Source of the DNA: an uncultured archaeon
GTDB lineage: Archaea > Asgardarchaeota > Lokiarchaeia > Sigyniarchaeales > SOKP01
Length of the DNA: 64,000 nucleotides
Assembly: GCA_964388035.1 (NCBI GenBank)
Contig: CAYLZE010000008.1
Span: forward strand, 10,239-74,238
Reading direction: 5' to 3'
Every line of letters starts with the position of its first letter. Position 1 is the first letter of the stretch. Shown here in pieces: positions 19,575-29,788 of the stretch. The notes under the pieces are model-generated. The model did not search any database and had not been told where the DNA came from. It saw only the letters and a list, made by a program, of their open reading frames with translations. Made by a program: the position numbers and the translations under genes.

Positions 19575-20096
19575 ATGGAAAAAAAAAGTGTATCGACCTC
19601 AAAAGTACAAATAGCTCAAATTATGATGCCCAATAATTCTAATCCTTCAGGAAATATTTTCGGAGGCGTGATCATGAGCATCATAGATAATGCCGCTGCA
19701 ATCGCTGCATTGAGACACACGCATCATAATTGTGTGACCGCATCGGTTGATAGAATTGATTTTTTGTCCCCTGTATATGTGGGTAATCTGGTAATAGCAA
19801 AAGCATCCGTCAACTATGTATCACATACTTCCATGGAAATAGGGGTGAAAGTAGAAGCAGAATGCCTTCTCAAAGGCACTAAATCCCATATTGCATCTGC
19901 TTATTTAACATTCGTAGCGCTCGATGAAAATGATAAACCAACTAGCGCACCTGAGCTAATATTAGAGTCTGAGGAAGAGAAAAGAAGATTTGAAGAAGGC
20001 AAAATTAGAAGGGAATCAAGAATAAAGAAAAGAAAAAGGGTATCACCTAATGCACCCTGTATAGATAGATCAAATAGGCGAGGACTTTCATTTTGA
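19575..20096 (+). CDS. acyl-CoA thioesterase (hotdog fold, YciA/acyl-CoA hydrolase type)
   Basis: MMPNNSNPSGNIFGGVIMSIIDNAAAIAA and ASVDRIDFLSPVYVG are typical of this family. It has a basic C-terminal tail. Confidence 0.75.
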   Translation: MEKKSVSTSKVQIAQIMMPNNSNPSGNIFGGVIMSIIDNAAAIAALRHTHHNCVTASVDRIDFLSPVYVGNLVIAKASVNYVSHTSMEIGVKVEAECLLKGTKSHIASAYLTFVALDENDKPTSAPELILESEEEKRRFEEGKIRRESRIKKRKRVSPNAPCIDRSNRRGLSF

Positions 20097-20189
20097 ACAA
20101 TCAATAATAAAAAATGAAAGGAAAGAGTAATTCTGAAACAAAAAATCTAAAGAAAGTTAATTGGGAAAAAAAGAGGGCATAATTTGGTT

Positions 20190-20483
20190 CTATTTAACAT
20201 TATTATGTTCTTTAAGTTCCACGTTGGATAACTTTTCTTTTAGATCCTCCGAGGGATTAAACACGTTTAGAAGACAAATGAGAGAGTCATGAATTGCATA
20301 AATATTATCAAATCCGGTATCATAAAAGATACTTTCTTTTTCAAAATTAATTTGAATGATCTCCGACAACCCTATTAGACCTTCTTTAATGATTTCATAA
20401 TATTCCAATGCTTCATTAAAATCTTGTAGAGAATTTTTTTTTCCCGACATGTTATAATTCCTCGAAAATTTCAATTTACTCAT
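20190..20483 (-). CDS. hypothetical protein
   Basis: 97-aa ORF with no recognisable motif. It sits between convergent neighbours. Confidence 0.3.
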   Translation of the reverse strand: MSKLKFSRNYNMSGKKNSLQDFNEALEYYEIIKEGLIGLSEIIQINFEKESIFYDTGFDNIYAIHDSLICLLNVFNPSEDLKEKLSNVELKEHNNVK

Positions 20484-20757
20484 ACATAGTTCACTTTAAT
20501 TAAATTGTATCAAGCTGGACTATAAAATGATCTTTAGTCCAATTTTTAACGAGTTATACCCTAAATATATACCGATGATCTTCGTGAAATGTTGATTTCC
20601 CGTTGATTTTAATATTTGTAGATATCACATTTTAAATTATAAGAATAAATATAATCGACAATTTCAAAATGTCTTTTGCATGAAAATTTTGATCACTTTC
20701 ACTTGCGATTTCAGATAAATTTAATCATTTCTTCCTCTAATGGATTATTCTTTTAAA

Positions 20758-21888
20758 TCAAAGCAGAGCATCAAATAAATAATCCGTAATATATCTAGTC
20801 TTTTTATCGTTTTGGGTTTTATAAGCAACATATCTATAATTAAATACACACAAAGGACAAGAAGAGATAATTTCCTCTGATTTCGATTCTTTAAGTATCG
20901 TTGTTCCGATTTTGATACTTAGCCCAGAATCCACTCCTCTTATTCCCGATCCTGCCCCGCAACACTTAGTATTTTCTTTATTTTTTGTCAATTCTTTAAC
21001 TTTTGTGTTAGTCTTTTCAAGAAGTTCTCGTGGTTCTTCATAGACATCAAAACCTTTAATTTTTCGCCCCGTTCTACACGCATCATGATACGTAACGGAA
21101 TTATTCGCTGGCTTAAATTGTATTTTCCCCTTCTCCTCCAATTCCCGGATTATTTGAACCACGTGCTTGACATTAATATCGAAATTCTCAACATACTTGG
21201 GATAAATGTTATTAAAAGCATATAAACACCCTCCACAAGTAACAATCAAGGTTTTTATCCCGTGTTTTTTGAATAAAGCGAAATTCTCATTAAAGATTTG
21301 TTTCGATAATTCAAGATTACCTGCACTATAGATATATTCACCGCAACAGGGTTCATTTCTTAATATTTTAAAGTCATAACCTCCTCTTTTTAGGATTTCA
21401 TACGACGCACTAGCACTTTCTTTTACTCTGAAAGAGGACATGCATCCTAAAAAAAGTAGCGTATCTGATTCTTTATCTTCAAAAAGTTCATTATTTTTAT
21501 AGTTCTCTGGAAGCCAATCTAAGCGTTCTTCGGGATTTCCATTTACAGAATTTCCTTTTTCTAATATTCCTTTTATTATATTTTTATGAACGTCTAAGGG
21601 AGCCTGATCTAATTCCACCAATCTTGTTTTAGAAGCATGAATCATTTCGGAAATGGGAATATCTTGAGGACAAACTAGATCACAAGAAGAGCATGAAGTA
21701 CATGTATATATCGCGATTAATTCCTCATTAGTCAGAATATCGCCCGTGAACACTTTTTCAGCAATTTTTAATCTTCCATAAGGAGATTTTAAGGGATCCT
21801 GAGTTACTTCAAAAGTATCGCACTCATCATTACATACTTTACAATCTACACAGGATTGTATCACGTCCAAAATTTTTGAATCATTCAT
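20758..21888 (-). CDS. HdrD/GlpC/LutA-like Fe-S oxidoreductase (two 4Fe-4S motifs plus two CCG domains)
   Basis: CVDCKVCNDECD and CTSCSSCDLVCPQDI cluster motifs, then EPCCGEY and TKCCGAGSG CCG motifs. Confidence 0.75.
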   Translation of the reverse strand: MNDSKILDVIQSCVDCKVCNDECDTFEVTQDPLKSPYGRLKIAEKVFTGDILTNEELIAIYTCTSCSSCDLVCPQDIPISEMIHASKTRLVELDQAPLDVHKNIIKGILEKGNSVNGNPEERLDWLPENYKNNELFEDKESDTLLFLGCMSSFRVKESASASYEILKRGGYDFKILRNEPCCGEYIYSAGNLELSKQIFNENFALFKKHGIKTLIVTCGGCLYAFNNIYPKYVENFDINVKHVVQIIRELEEKGKIQFKPANNSVTYHDACRTGRKIKGFDVYEEPRELLEKTNTKVKELTKNKENTKCCGAGSGIRGVDSGLSIKIGTTILKESKSEEIISSCPLCVFNYRYVAYKTQNDKKTRYITDYLFDALL

Positions 21889-21930
21889 TATTATCTAATA
21901 ATTTACTATATTCTTATGAATTTTTTTTAT

Positions 21931-22725
21931 TCATTTTTTTTTCCAAGGTTCTTTTTCTAATTCTGAAATAATGAATTTCTTAAATTGAGAGCTTAAAATG
22001 AATGCATTCTTGGGATCATGGGTAAATAAATAGAAACGATAAGAATCCGAAATACGTGGGCTTACATTCCATTCATATCTTCCTCCCAAGGGATCATTGA
22101 TAGTAAAAGTGTACTCTGAATTGATAGAATTGATAGCTACCCAGTGAAATCCTCTATTTAAGGTTAATGAGGGAATTTTATTATAATACTTCGCGTTTAA
22201 ATGAGACCAAAGGATTTTAATTTTTTTTTCATATTTTCTGTTATCATTTTTAAAATCATTTTTAGTAAAATAAAGACTGCCCGTACCATCGGGATATTCT
22301 TGCTGTTGAGGAAAAAACGCTCCACCAAAAAGATAAAATAAAATTTTTAAATCGGCATCGGTTCGCATGGTCTGAGCAAAAATTTGTAACATTTTCGAGT
22401 TAATGCGGTTTTCCATTTGTAAGGTCGGCTCCTTAAATTCATGGATAATGATTGGCATGTAATCATGTACAAGTGACTCATTTTGCTTCAAGATATAGGC
22501 ATTCAAGATATTAGAGCCTATACATTTTAATAATATATAACTCAAGCTATAAGCCCATTTTAATTCCTCTTTTAATTGATTCTTATTTGTAGAAATATAA
22601 TTACTTATTTCACCCAGAATGATTTTATAATTAACATTACTCTCGGGATTAATCATCATTAAAAATGTACTAAGCCCACACCCATTGGGTAATTGAGAAT
22701 ATAGGGGCAAATCATATTTCTTCAT
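21931..22725 (-). CDS. hypothetical protein, possible papain-fold (C39-like) cysteine peptidase
   Basis: YSQLPNGCGLSTFLMM (Gln, spacer, then Cys nucleophile pattern) and later GFHWVAINSI...NDP (His and Asp/Asn). Confidence 0.35.
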   Translation of the reverse strand: MKKYDLPLYSQLPNGCGLSTFLMMINPESNVNYKIILGEISNYISTNKNQLKEELKWAYSLSYILLKCIGSNILNAYILKQNESLVHDYMPIIIHEFKEPTLQMENRINSKMLQIFAQTMRTDADLKILFYLFGGAFFPQQQEYPDGTGSLYFTKNDFKNDNRKYEKKIKILWSHLNAKYYNKIPSLTLNRGFHWVAINSINSEYTFTINDPLGGRYEWNVSPRISDSYRFYLFTHDPKNAFILSSQFKKFIISELEKEPWKKK

Positions 22726-23110
22726 TTGATAAATAATTCTAAAACTGAATATAATTAAAATTAATGATTTTTATCTCGTCAGCTCGATTCAATATAAAAT
22801 ATTTTGGATGGAATCAAGAAAAAAGAAATAAGAATATGTTATCATTTAAGGCAAGATATTTTAAATCTGAAGCAAGGAAGCGTCTGCTAATTCTTTTAAA
22901 AGTTTATTTCGAATAGAACCTTCAATAACTGCCTCTTCCTTGGCTTCTCCAAAACTTTTTATTAATTCTTTATCGACAAACATCGTGATTTTTATTTACT
23001 TCTTTATATATAAACTCAAAGAAAATGTATCAGATATAGGTAAATGAGTTTTTATAATAATCCAATTGGATTTCTAATTTGCTTATTTTTAAAAAGAATA
23101 AAGAATGGAA

Positions 23111-23857
23111 TTAATAAAAAAGATTTTCTAGCTTGCAGTATCCAACTACATCATCCCGTAAAAATATTTGAAATGGGAAGGTTTTATCTTTATAGGGTTT
23201 AAGAATTTCTAAAAGCCGACCATGATAAGGGCTTTCAAACATTTCTTTATTTTCCATTCCTACACCTTCAGAATATTGATATTGCTGCAGTACAAAATTA
23301 CCCTCAAAATAATTACTTTCTAAGAATTTTAAGATTAGATCAATGTCCTCTGGAACATGAAGATTCTCAACATAAGTAGTACGTACTTCAAAATCAAGAC
23401 TTTTTTCTTCATTAATAAGTTCAAAGGATCGAATAATTACTTCTGGTTTTATCTCGACTTTAGTTATCCGCTTCAATTGTTCTCGTTCAAGTGGGCCTTT
23501 GATATCCAAAGCAAATCGATTCACGTGAGGAATAAGGCTCTCGATTACTCGAGGATTGGAGCCATTTGTATCAATACTAATATATTTATTCAATTTTGAA
23601 GCACGAATGCAAAAATCTAGTAGATCTTTTTGTAAGGTGGGCTCCCCTCCTGTAATACTTATTGCACTCACTAAATAATTGTTTTTAATCAAGGTAAGAA
23701 GTTCACTAATACTATATTCTTTTCCCACTTTAAGGTTTAATAAATATTTATTATGGCAAAATTCACACTTAAAATTACATCCCACCGTGAAAAAAACCAT
23801 GCTTGATTTCCCAGGAATATCTTTCGTGGAAATTTCTATTATCCCGCCCAGTTTAAT
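23111..23857 (-). CDS. radical SAM activating enzyme, NrdG/PflA-like small class
   Basis: GCNFKCEFCHN CxxxCxxC motif and GGEPTL. The conserved N-terminal segment IKLGGIIEISTKDIPGKSS lies upstream of the first ATG (23800) and has no canonical start. The putative start is ATT at 23857, directly after a TGA. Confidence 0.7.
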   Translation of the reverse strand: MKLGGIIEISTKDIPGKSSMVFFTVGCNFKCEFCHNKYLLNLKVGKEYSISELLTLIKNNYLVSAISITGGEPTLQKDLLDFCIRASKLNKYISIDTNGSNPRVIESLIPHVNRFALDIKGPLEREQLKRITKVEIKPEVIIRSFELINEEKSLDFEVRTTYVENLHVPEDIDLILKFLESNYFEGNFVLQQYQYSEGVGMENKEMFESPYHGRLLEILKPYKDKTFPFQIFLRDDVVGYCKLENLFY

Positions 23858-23913
23858 TCAACTTTCACCTTCTTTTTGAATTAAAGATTCTATAATTAAA
23901 ATTAGTTATTGTA

Positions 23914-24639
23914 TTAAATATTGTTTACAATGATTGGAATGAGGATACCAAAAAATTTTCTCAATAGATTAACATTTAATCTAATCCTTCTAGAGAGTTC
24001 CAATTGAAATGCATTAATATTTTCCCTTTGGAAGTAGTGATAAAGAATATAGCCTCCTGAATATGCGACGTTATAGTCATCTAATCCAAGGCCGTCATCC
24101 AGCGTGAATTTACGAGATAATTCTAATACCAATTCCGAAAAAACCCAATATTTAGGTTTTTCTGAGTCGGCTTTATTGGAGGAAGTCAATAGATATTTTA
24201 GAGAGTTTCCAAAAATATTGCCTAGTATGAAATCTGGATAATCTGATCGGGGTCGCGTGTATCCATGAATATCAATTACTAAGCACTTCTTATACTTTTC
24301 AGTACATTCATTGGAATAGTGGGTCAAGATATCATGATAAAAATCATAAATCTCTTTTGCTTCAGAAGATCCTTTAAAATATGATGAAATTGAAAGAGGA
24401 GGTCTATTAAAATCAATCTTGCTTCTATGAATTTTACTAATAACATAATAAGGTCTAATATCATGTTCATGTAAAAGCCTTACGATCTGTTTAGTTATCC
24501 AGAAGGTATTATCATCTGGTAATTTATCTCCTTTTAATTTGTCAGGGATTATAACAGGTTTTTTAAACCCTCCATGAGGACATGATAAGATAAGTGGCAC
24601 ATTCCCTTTCTCATGCTCGATGTATCTTTGAATCCACAC
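23914..24639 (-). CDS. N-formylglutamate amidohydrolase (FGase) family protein
   Basis: LILSCPHGG, KIDFNRPP and VIDIHGY occur in the family's order. GTG start. Confidence 0.5.
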   Translation of the reverse strand: MWIQRYIEHEKGNVPLILSCPHGGFKKPVIIPDKLKGDKLPDDNTFWITKQIVRLLHEHDIRPYYVISKIHRSKIDFNRPPLSISSYFKGSSEAKEIYDFYHDILTHYSNECTEKYKKCLVIDIHGYTRPRSDYPDFILGNIFGNSLKYLLTSSNKADSEKPKYWVFSELVLELSRKFTLDDGLGLDDYNVAYSGGYILYHYFQRENINAFQLELSRRIRLNVNLLRKFFGILIPIIVNNI

Positions 24640-25014
24640 TTCAAATAAAGAAATTATTTAATTTATACTAGTAATAATCAATCACAGCAAAAAAAATAAT
24701 GTAACTTGAAATGCATTCCTCATCTTTCTTTGTTTTTTTATAATCAGTTAATCATTTTGCTCTTTTTTTATGTACTTTCAATTAACTATAAACATATTAT
24801 ATTATAATTTTTTGAGAAACGTTCGAATATTTAAATTGTCGACTTATTCAATAAATACGAGCACAGATAACAACTATATATATGATATAACTTATAGAGG
24901 CAGACATCAAAACAAAAGTTTTATAAATTCTCCTATTTTATTTATATTAAACAATTTTGTACATTTCCAGTCTTTTTAATATCAAATATAGGAATTAAAT
25001 ATGGGGATTTAATA

Positions 25015-25308
25015 ATGGAATTAGATGATGTAATTTCTTTTTTGAAAAAGAAAGGATTCAAGGACACTTTTTACGTTTTGACAAAGTTTAAAAACAATAA
25101 GACCGACAAACACACCTTTTATGATGAGTTAAATAAATTCAGCTATTATAACTCATTTTTTAGAGTAAAGGAAGATCTCCTTGACAAGGGCCTTATAGAG
25201 ATTAAAAATCATAATAACATGAAAACTATAGGGTTGACGAAAAAAGGGGAGAATATTTACGCGAAATTAATGGAGATTAACCAGCTTATTAATACCAAAA
25301 ATACTTAA
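25015..25308 (+). CDS. small winged-helix DNA-binding protein (putative)
   Basis: 97 aa. DELNKFSYYNSFFRVKEDLLDKGLIEIKN...IGLTKKGENIY resembles a recognition helix followed by a wing. Confidence 0.35.
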   Translation: MELDDVISFLKKKGFKDTFYVLTKFKNNKTDKHTFYDELNKFSYYNSFFRVKEDLLDKGLIEIKNHNNMKTIGLTKKGENIYAKLMEINQLINTKNT

Positions 25309-25403
25309 AATTTAAGATTTAACGATTCTTATTATTCTTAATTTTTTATTTATCACCTTTAATTCTTATCTATATTTCGATTAAGTGAGACTTTTATTTC
25401 CCC

Positions 25404-26036
25404 ATGATATTTAAAAAAGTAATTATTGGACCATTAACTACCAATTGCTATATTTTCGGCTCATCTCAGACAAGAGAGGTCATCGTAATAGATCCCGCAT
25501 TTGAAATCGATCAAATTCAGCAAAATATCAATACTTTAGGAGCGCGTCCTATAGCGGTATTAATAACGCATTCGCATTTTGATCACGTCATGAAGGTTAA
25601 AAAATTCTTGCGTATTTATAATGTACCTTTAATGTACAGCAAGAGGGATTACAAAAATGGAATGAGTCCTTTAGTAGAAGCAGATCGATGGTTAAATGAA
25701 GGGGATACTATAAAAGTGGGGGAATTGACAATACACGTATTAGAGACTCCCGGACATTCTCCAGGTTCTCTCAGCTATTATTGTAAAGATGTGAAAGAAT
25801 TTGATGAAAAGAAAGTGGACGGCTTGATATTTACGGGAGATTTGCTATTTAGGAGAAGTATTGGCAGATCAGACGTGCCAGGTGGAGACCAAAGAATTTT
25901 ATTTGAAAGCATTAAAAATAAAATCATGTATAATGGAGAATTATCTGATGATTTTATTGTCTTACCCGGCCACATGGGATCTACCACCATCGGTGAAGAA
26001 AGAAAACAAAATATGTTTAGACAATATTTCTTGTAG
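25404..26036 (+). CDS. MBL-fold metallo-hydrolase (glyoxalase II-like)
   Basis: THSHFDH motif, TPGHSPGS, GDLLF, PGH. Confidence 0.8.
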   Translation: MIFKKVIIGPLTTNCYIFGSSQTREVIVIDPAFEIDQIQQNINTLGARPIAVLITHSHFDHVMKVKKFLRIYNVPLMYSKRDYKNGMSPLVEADRWLNEGDTIKVGELTIHVLETPGHSPGSLSYYCKDVKEFDEKKVDGLIFTGDLLFRRSIGRSDVPGGDQRILFESIKNKIMYNGELSDDFIVLPGHMGSTTIGEERKQNMFRQYFL

Positions 26037-26079
26037 AAATAGGATTATATAAAGGATTTTTTATCATATTGCGACGAGA

Positions 26080-26565
26080 ATGACAAGAAAAGTATTAGTA
26101 TTTGAACCAAAAAAATGTATTGGGTGTAGACTTTGCGAACAAATCTGCTCCATGACTCATTTTAATATGACTAATCCAAAAAAAGCGTCGATTCGTATTA
26201 TACGGGATACCGTGGCACAGCTTGATCTTGCAATTTATTGTCACCAATGTAAAAATCCTCCTTGTGTAAATGCGTGCAAGTTTGATGCACTTTCAATAGA
26301 ACCCATGACTCATGCGATCCATGTAGAATCGGAAAAATGCATTTTATGCAGAAAATGTATCCAAGAATGTCCCCATGCTGCTCCATCCATCCATCCGACG
26401 GAGGAATATGTTTTAATTTGCGATTTGTGTAAAGGAAAACCTGCTTGTGTAGAAATTTGTCCCGAACACGCCATTCAATATCTTGAGGTTGCGAGGGCAG
26501 ATAACATTTATAAATCAATTTACGTGAAAGAAATGGCGCAAAAGTTAATTCAGGAGGAAAATTAA
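26080..26565 (+). CDS. 4Fe-4S ferredoxin-type subunit (multi-cluster) associated with AOR
   Basis: CIGCRLCEQIC, CHQCKNPPCVNAC, CILCRKCIQECP, CDLCKGKPACVEICP. Its stop lies 1 nt before the AOR start. Confidence 0.8.
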   Translation: MTRKVLVFEPKKCIGCRLCEQICSMTHFNMTNPKKASIRIIRDTVAQLDLAIYCHQCKNPPCVNACKFDALSIEPMTHAIHVESEKCILCRKCIQECPHAAPSIHPTEEYVLICDLCKGKPACVEICPEHAIQYLEVARADNIYKSIYVKEMAQKLIQEEN

Positions 26566-26566
26566 G

Positions 26567-28393
26567 GTGGTTTTAGCAACAAGCATCTATGGAAAAGTTC
26601 TGAGAATAAACCTTACTGAGAAGAATTATAGAGTAGATACTTATGGTCGACAAGAAGTAGAACTCTTTTTAGGCGGAAGAGGATTGGGAGCTTATTTTTT
26701 ATTCAAAGAAGTTCCTCCCAGAATGGACCCATTAGAGCCAGAGAATAAATTGATTTTTATGAATGGCCCCTTGGCTGGGACATTAATTCCAGGAAATAAT
26801 AAAGTATGCGTTACTTTTAAATCACCACTAACAAATAGTTATTCTTACTCTTTATGTGGAGGACATTGGGGTCCCGAGTTAAAATTTGCAGGGTATGATG
26901 GATTAATCATTGAAGGAAAGGCTGATCGCCCCGTATTCATATGGATTAATAATTCAGAAATTAAGATTAAACCTGCTGAAAACATTTGGGGAAATACGAT
27001 TCCAAAAACTGAAGAATTAATTCGAAATGAATTAGGTGATGATAATTCCATTCAAATTGCCGGGATTGGGCAAGCAGGGGAAAAATTGGTTAGTTATGCT
27101 TGTATTACTGCGGGATTATATAGAGAATTTGGTCGAGGCGGCTCGGGTGCGGTAATGGGTTCGAAGAATTTGAAAGGAATTGCAATAAGTGGGTCAAATG
27201 ATGTTAAGGTGGTATGTCCAGAGGATGTAATAGCGTTAAGTAAGAAACTTATTCAAAATGTACGAAATTCTAAAATAGGTCAAGTTCGAAGAATTTATGG
27301 GACGATGGAATTAGTTGAGCGCATTAATAATGCCGGATTTTGGGTGACACGTAATTTTTCTGAAGGCCATTTTAAGGATGGATACAAATTGGAAGGTACT
27401 CAAATGCGCGAAAAAATAATTTCCGGGGATAGTTCCTGTTTTGGATGCCCAATCGGATGCGGAAAATGGACTTTCATCCAAAATGAAGAAGACTTGTCAA
27501 AAATTCAAATGGAAGGTCCCGAATTTGAAACCGTAGGCATGTTGGGTTCCAATTGTGGCATAAGTAGTTGGAAAACGCTTCTAAAGGCATCAAAGATTTG
27601 TGATACTTACGGACTCGATACCATTAATGCTGGAGCGTGCATTTCTATGGCGATGGAAGCTTTTGAAAAGGGAAGATTGACCCTAAAAAATACAGATAAC
27701 ATCGAGTTAAAATTCGGCAACGATGCTGCCCTCCTTGCAATGTTAGAAAAAATTGGTAATCGAGAGGGATTAGGGAATATTTTAGCAAAAGGCGTAGAAC
27801 GAGCGGGAATTGAGTTAAAAATAGTTGACTTAGCAAATCATTCTAAAGGACAATCTTTTCCCGTATATGACCCTAGAGGTGCTAAAGCAATGGCTCTCAC
27901 GTATGCAACATCCCCTAAAGGCGCTCATCACATGTATGCGACCACTTTTGGATTAGAACTCAGTCTTGGGAACCGATTTGAAGAAAAAGGAAAGGGTGTT
28001 ATTGAAAGAAATCAACAATTTAGCATGGCCATTGTGGATTCGATTGCACTCTGTTCCTCAATGCGGGGTGGAATACCTCTTGAGGATCAAGCCGAAGCAT
28101 TTTCTCTTGTGACCGGAATTCCCATGAATGTTGAAAGGTTAACTTTAGCTGCTGAACGGATAATAAATCTTGAGCGAATGTATAATGTAAGACTGGGCTT
28201 TAATAGGAGCAATGACACTCTTCCTGAAAGATTTACCAAAGAGACATTATCCGATGGTAATAGCAAGGGGCAAATAGTAGATTTGAATTATTTATTAGAT
28301 GATTATTACAGCATTATGGGGTGGAACTCTAACGGGGTTCCAAAAGAGAAGAAATTGAAAGAACTTGGATTACTCGAGTTAATTACTCCTTAA
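26567..28393 (+). CDS. aor: aldehyde:ferredoxin oxidoreductase family (tungstopterin) enzyme
   Basis: 608 aa with an AOR N-domain start (GKVLRINLTEKNY...GGRGLG). CFGCPIGCG cluster motif, EGPEFETVGMLGSNCG, DTINAG. GTG start. Confidence 0.9.
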   Translation: MVLATSIYGKVLRINLTEKNYRVDTYGRQEVELFLGGRGLGAYFLFKEVPPRMDPLEPENKLIFMNGPLAGTLIPGNNKVCVTFKSPLTNSYSYSLCGGHWGPELKFAGYDGLIIEGKADRPVFIWINNSEIKIKPAENIWGNTIPKTEELIRNELGDDNSIQIAGIGQAGEKLVSYACITAGLYREFGRGGSGAVMGSKNLKGIAISGSNDVKVVCPEDVIALSKKLIQNVRNSKIGQVRRIYGTMELVERINNAGFWVTRNFSEGHFKDGYKLEGTQMREKIISGDSSCFGCPIGCGKWTFIQNEEDLSKIQMEGPEFETVGMLGSNCGISSWKTLLKASKICDTYGLDTINAGACISMAMEAFEKGRLTLKNTDNIELKFGNDAALLAMLEKIGNREGLGNILAKGVERAGIELKIVDLANHSKGQSFPVYDPRGAKAMALTYATSPKGAHHMYATTFGLELSLGNRFEEKGKGVIERNQQFSMAIVDSIALCSSMRGGIPLEDQAEAFSLVTGIPMNVERLTLAAERIINLERMYNVRLGFNRSNDTLPERFTKETLSDGNSKGQIVDLNYLLDDYYSIMGWNSNGVPKEKKLKELGLLELITP

Positions 28394-28501
28394 ATTACAT
28401 TCTTGTTCCAACATTCATTCCTACCTTTTTACTTAAAACGTCTCAATTTTTTTAACTTTAGCATAGAATTATTTTGCTTCGCTTAATTAAAGAAATTGAA
28501 A

Positions 28502-29788
28502 ATGGTAAATTTACAAATACCTAATTTTAACATTAAAGATTATGAACTACCCAAAGTTCGCTGTGTTCAGCAAGCTATTCCTCTTCCATTAATTGAAAAT
28601 ATCGAATCCAAAATAAGAGAAGAGTTGAAAAAGATTGGCATAAATGAAAATATAAAAATGGGAGAGAAAATTGCCATTACTGCGAGTTCTCGAGGAATTC
28701 CAAATCAAGCACTCATTTTAAAAACCATAGCTACGTACTTTAAAGAGTTAAAGACAGAACCTTTTATTATTCCCGCCATGGGAAGTCATGGAGGAGCAAC
28801 GGCTGAAGGGCAACTTTCTTTATTACGAGATTATGGAATTACTGAAAAAAAAGTAGGATGCCCCCTTAAATCCTCAATGGAAGTTGTTAAAATAGGAGAA
28901 ACCAATACGGGTATACCTGTTTATTTGGATAAATATGCCGCCCTTGCGGATAAAATCTTCATTTTTAATCGAATAAGGAGTCATTCTAAATTCATTGGAG
29001 AAGTAGAGAGCGGATTAAGCAAGATGTGTCTCATGGGATTAGGAAAACATGAGGGAACGAAATTATACCATCAATTTATCGAACAACAATCGTGGCCTGA
29101 AGTGGTAGACGCTATACGAAATGTAGTTTTTAATAAAGCTAAAATCATCGGGGGCTTGGCAATTATCCAAAATATTAATAATCAAATAGCAGAACTGCAT
29201 GCTCTGCGTCCAGAAGAGTTTTCTACCAAAGAGCCTATTTTATTGCAGAGATATAAAGAATTGACTGAGAAAATGCCTTTTCAATATATTGATTTATTAA
29301 TTGTTGATGAAATGGGAAAGAATATCTTTGGAACGGGAATGGATACTAACATTACAGGAAGAAAATCAGTTTCAAAAATTAGGATAAAATGGTTATTCGT
29401 ACGGGATTTAACTGAGGAAACCCATGGTAATGCGCAAGGAATTGGTTTGGCAGATTTTACCACTAAGCGAGTGATAGAAAAGATAGATTTATCAAAAACC
29501 TATTTAAATGCATTAACTGCTTATCGAACAGATTCTCCTAAATTACCTATCATTCTCTCCACTGATAAAGATGTCTTTAACATTATCTCATTCCTCCTAG
29601 GTCCAGATGAGATGAGCTCCTTGCAAATGGTATGGATCCAAAACACGTCAAAGTTGCTTAAAATGTTAGTCTCAGAAGCTCTATTTGAACAAGTTCAATC
29701 AAACGAACTTCTCAGATTTTGCGGTGAAGCAGAATCTATAAAATTTGATTCTGAAGGATTTTTGATAACCTCTAAAAAATATTGGTAA
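28502..29788 (+). CDS. LarA_N/DUF2088-like (lactate racemase N-terminal domain) protein
   Basis: The segment order parallels LarA: IAITASSRGIP, IIPAMGSHGG, VVKIGE, ADKIFIFNRIRSHSKF. The ORF track starts at a TTG at 28496. Confidence 0.5.
   Translation: MVNLQIPNFNIKDYELPKVRCVQQAIPLPLIENIESKIREELKKIGINENIKMGEKIAITASSRGIPNQALILKTIATYFKELKTEPFIIPAMGSHGGATAEGQLSLLRDYGITEKKVGCPLKSSMEVVKIGETNTGIPVYLDKYAALADKIFIFNRIRSHSKFIGEVESGLSKMCLMGLGKHEGTKLYHQFIEQQSWPEVVDAIRNVVFNKAKIIGGLAIIQNINNQIAELHALRPEEFSTKEPILLQRYKELTEKMPFQYIDLLIVDEMGKNIFGTGMDTNITGRKSVSKIRIKWLFVRDLTEETHGNAQGIGLADFTTKRVIEKIDLSKTYLNALTAYRTDSPKLPIILSTDKDVFNIISFLLGPDEMSSLQMVWIQNTSKLLKMLVSEALFEQVQSNELLRFCGEAESIKFDSEGFLITSKKYW

Noticed and set aside
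24770-24979. 69-aa ORF in the AT-rich gap between the FGase-like and winged-helix genes.
   Set aside because: Its extreme Asn/Ile/Tyr/Phe composition is typical of a random ORF in AT-rich DNA. More likely this is the divergent promoter region.
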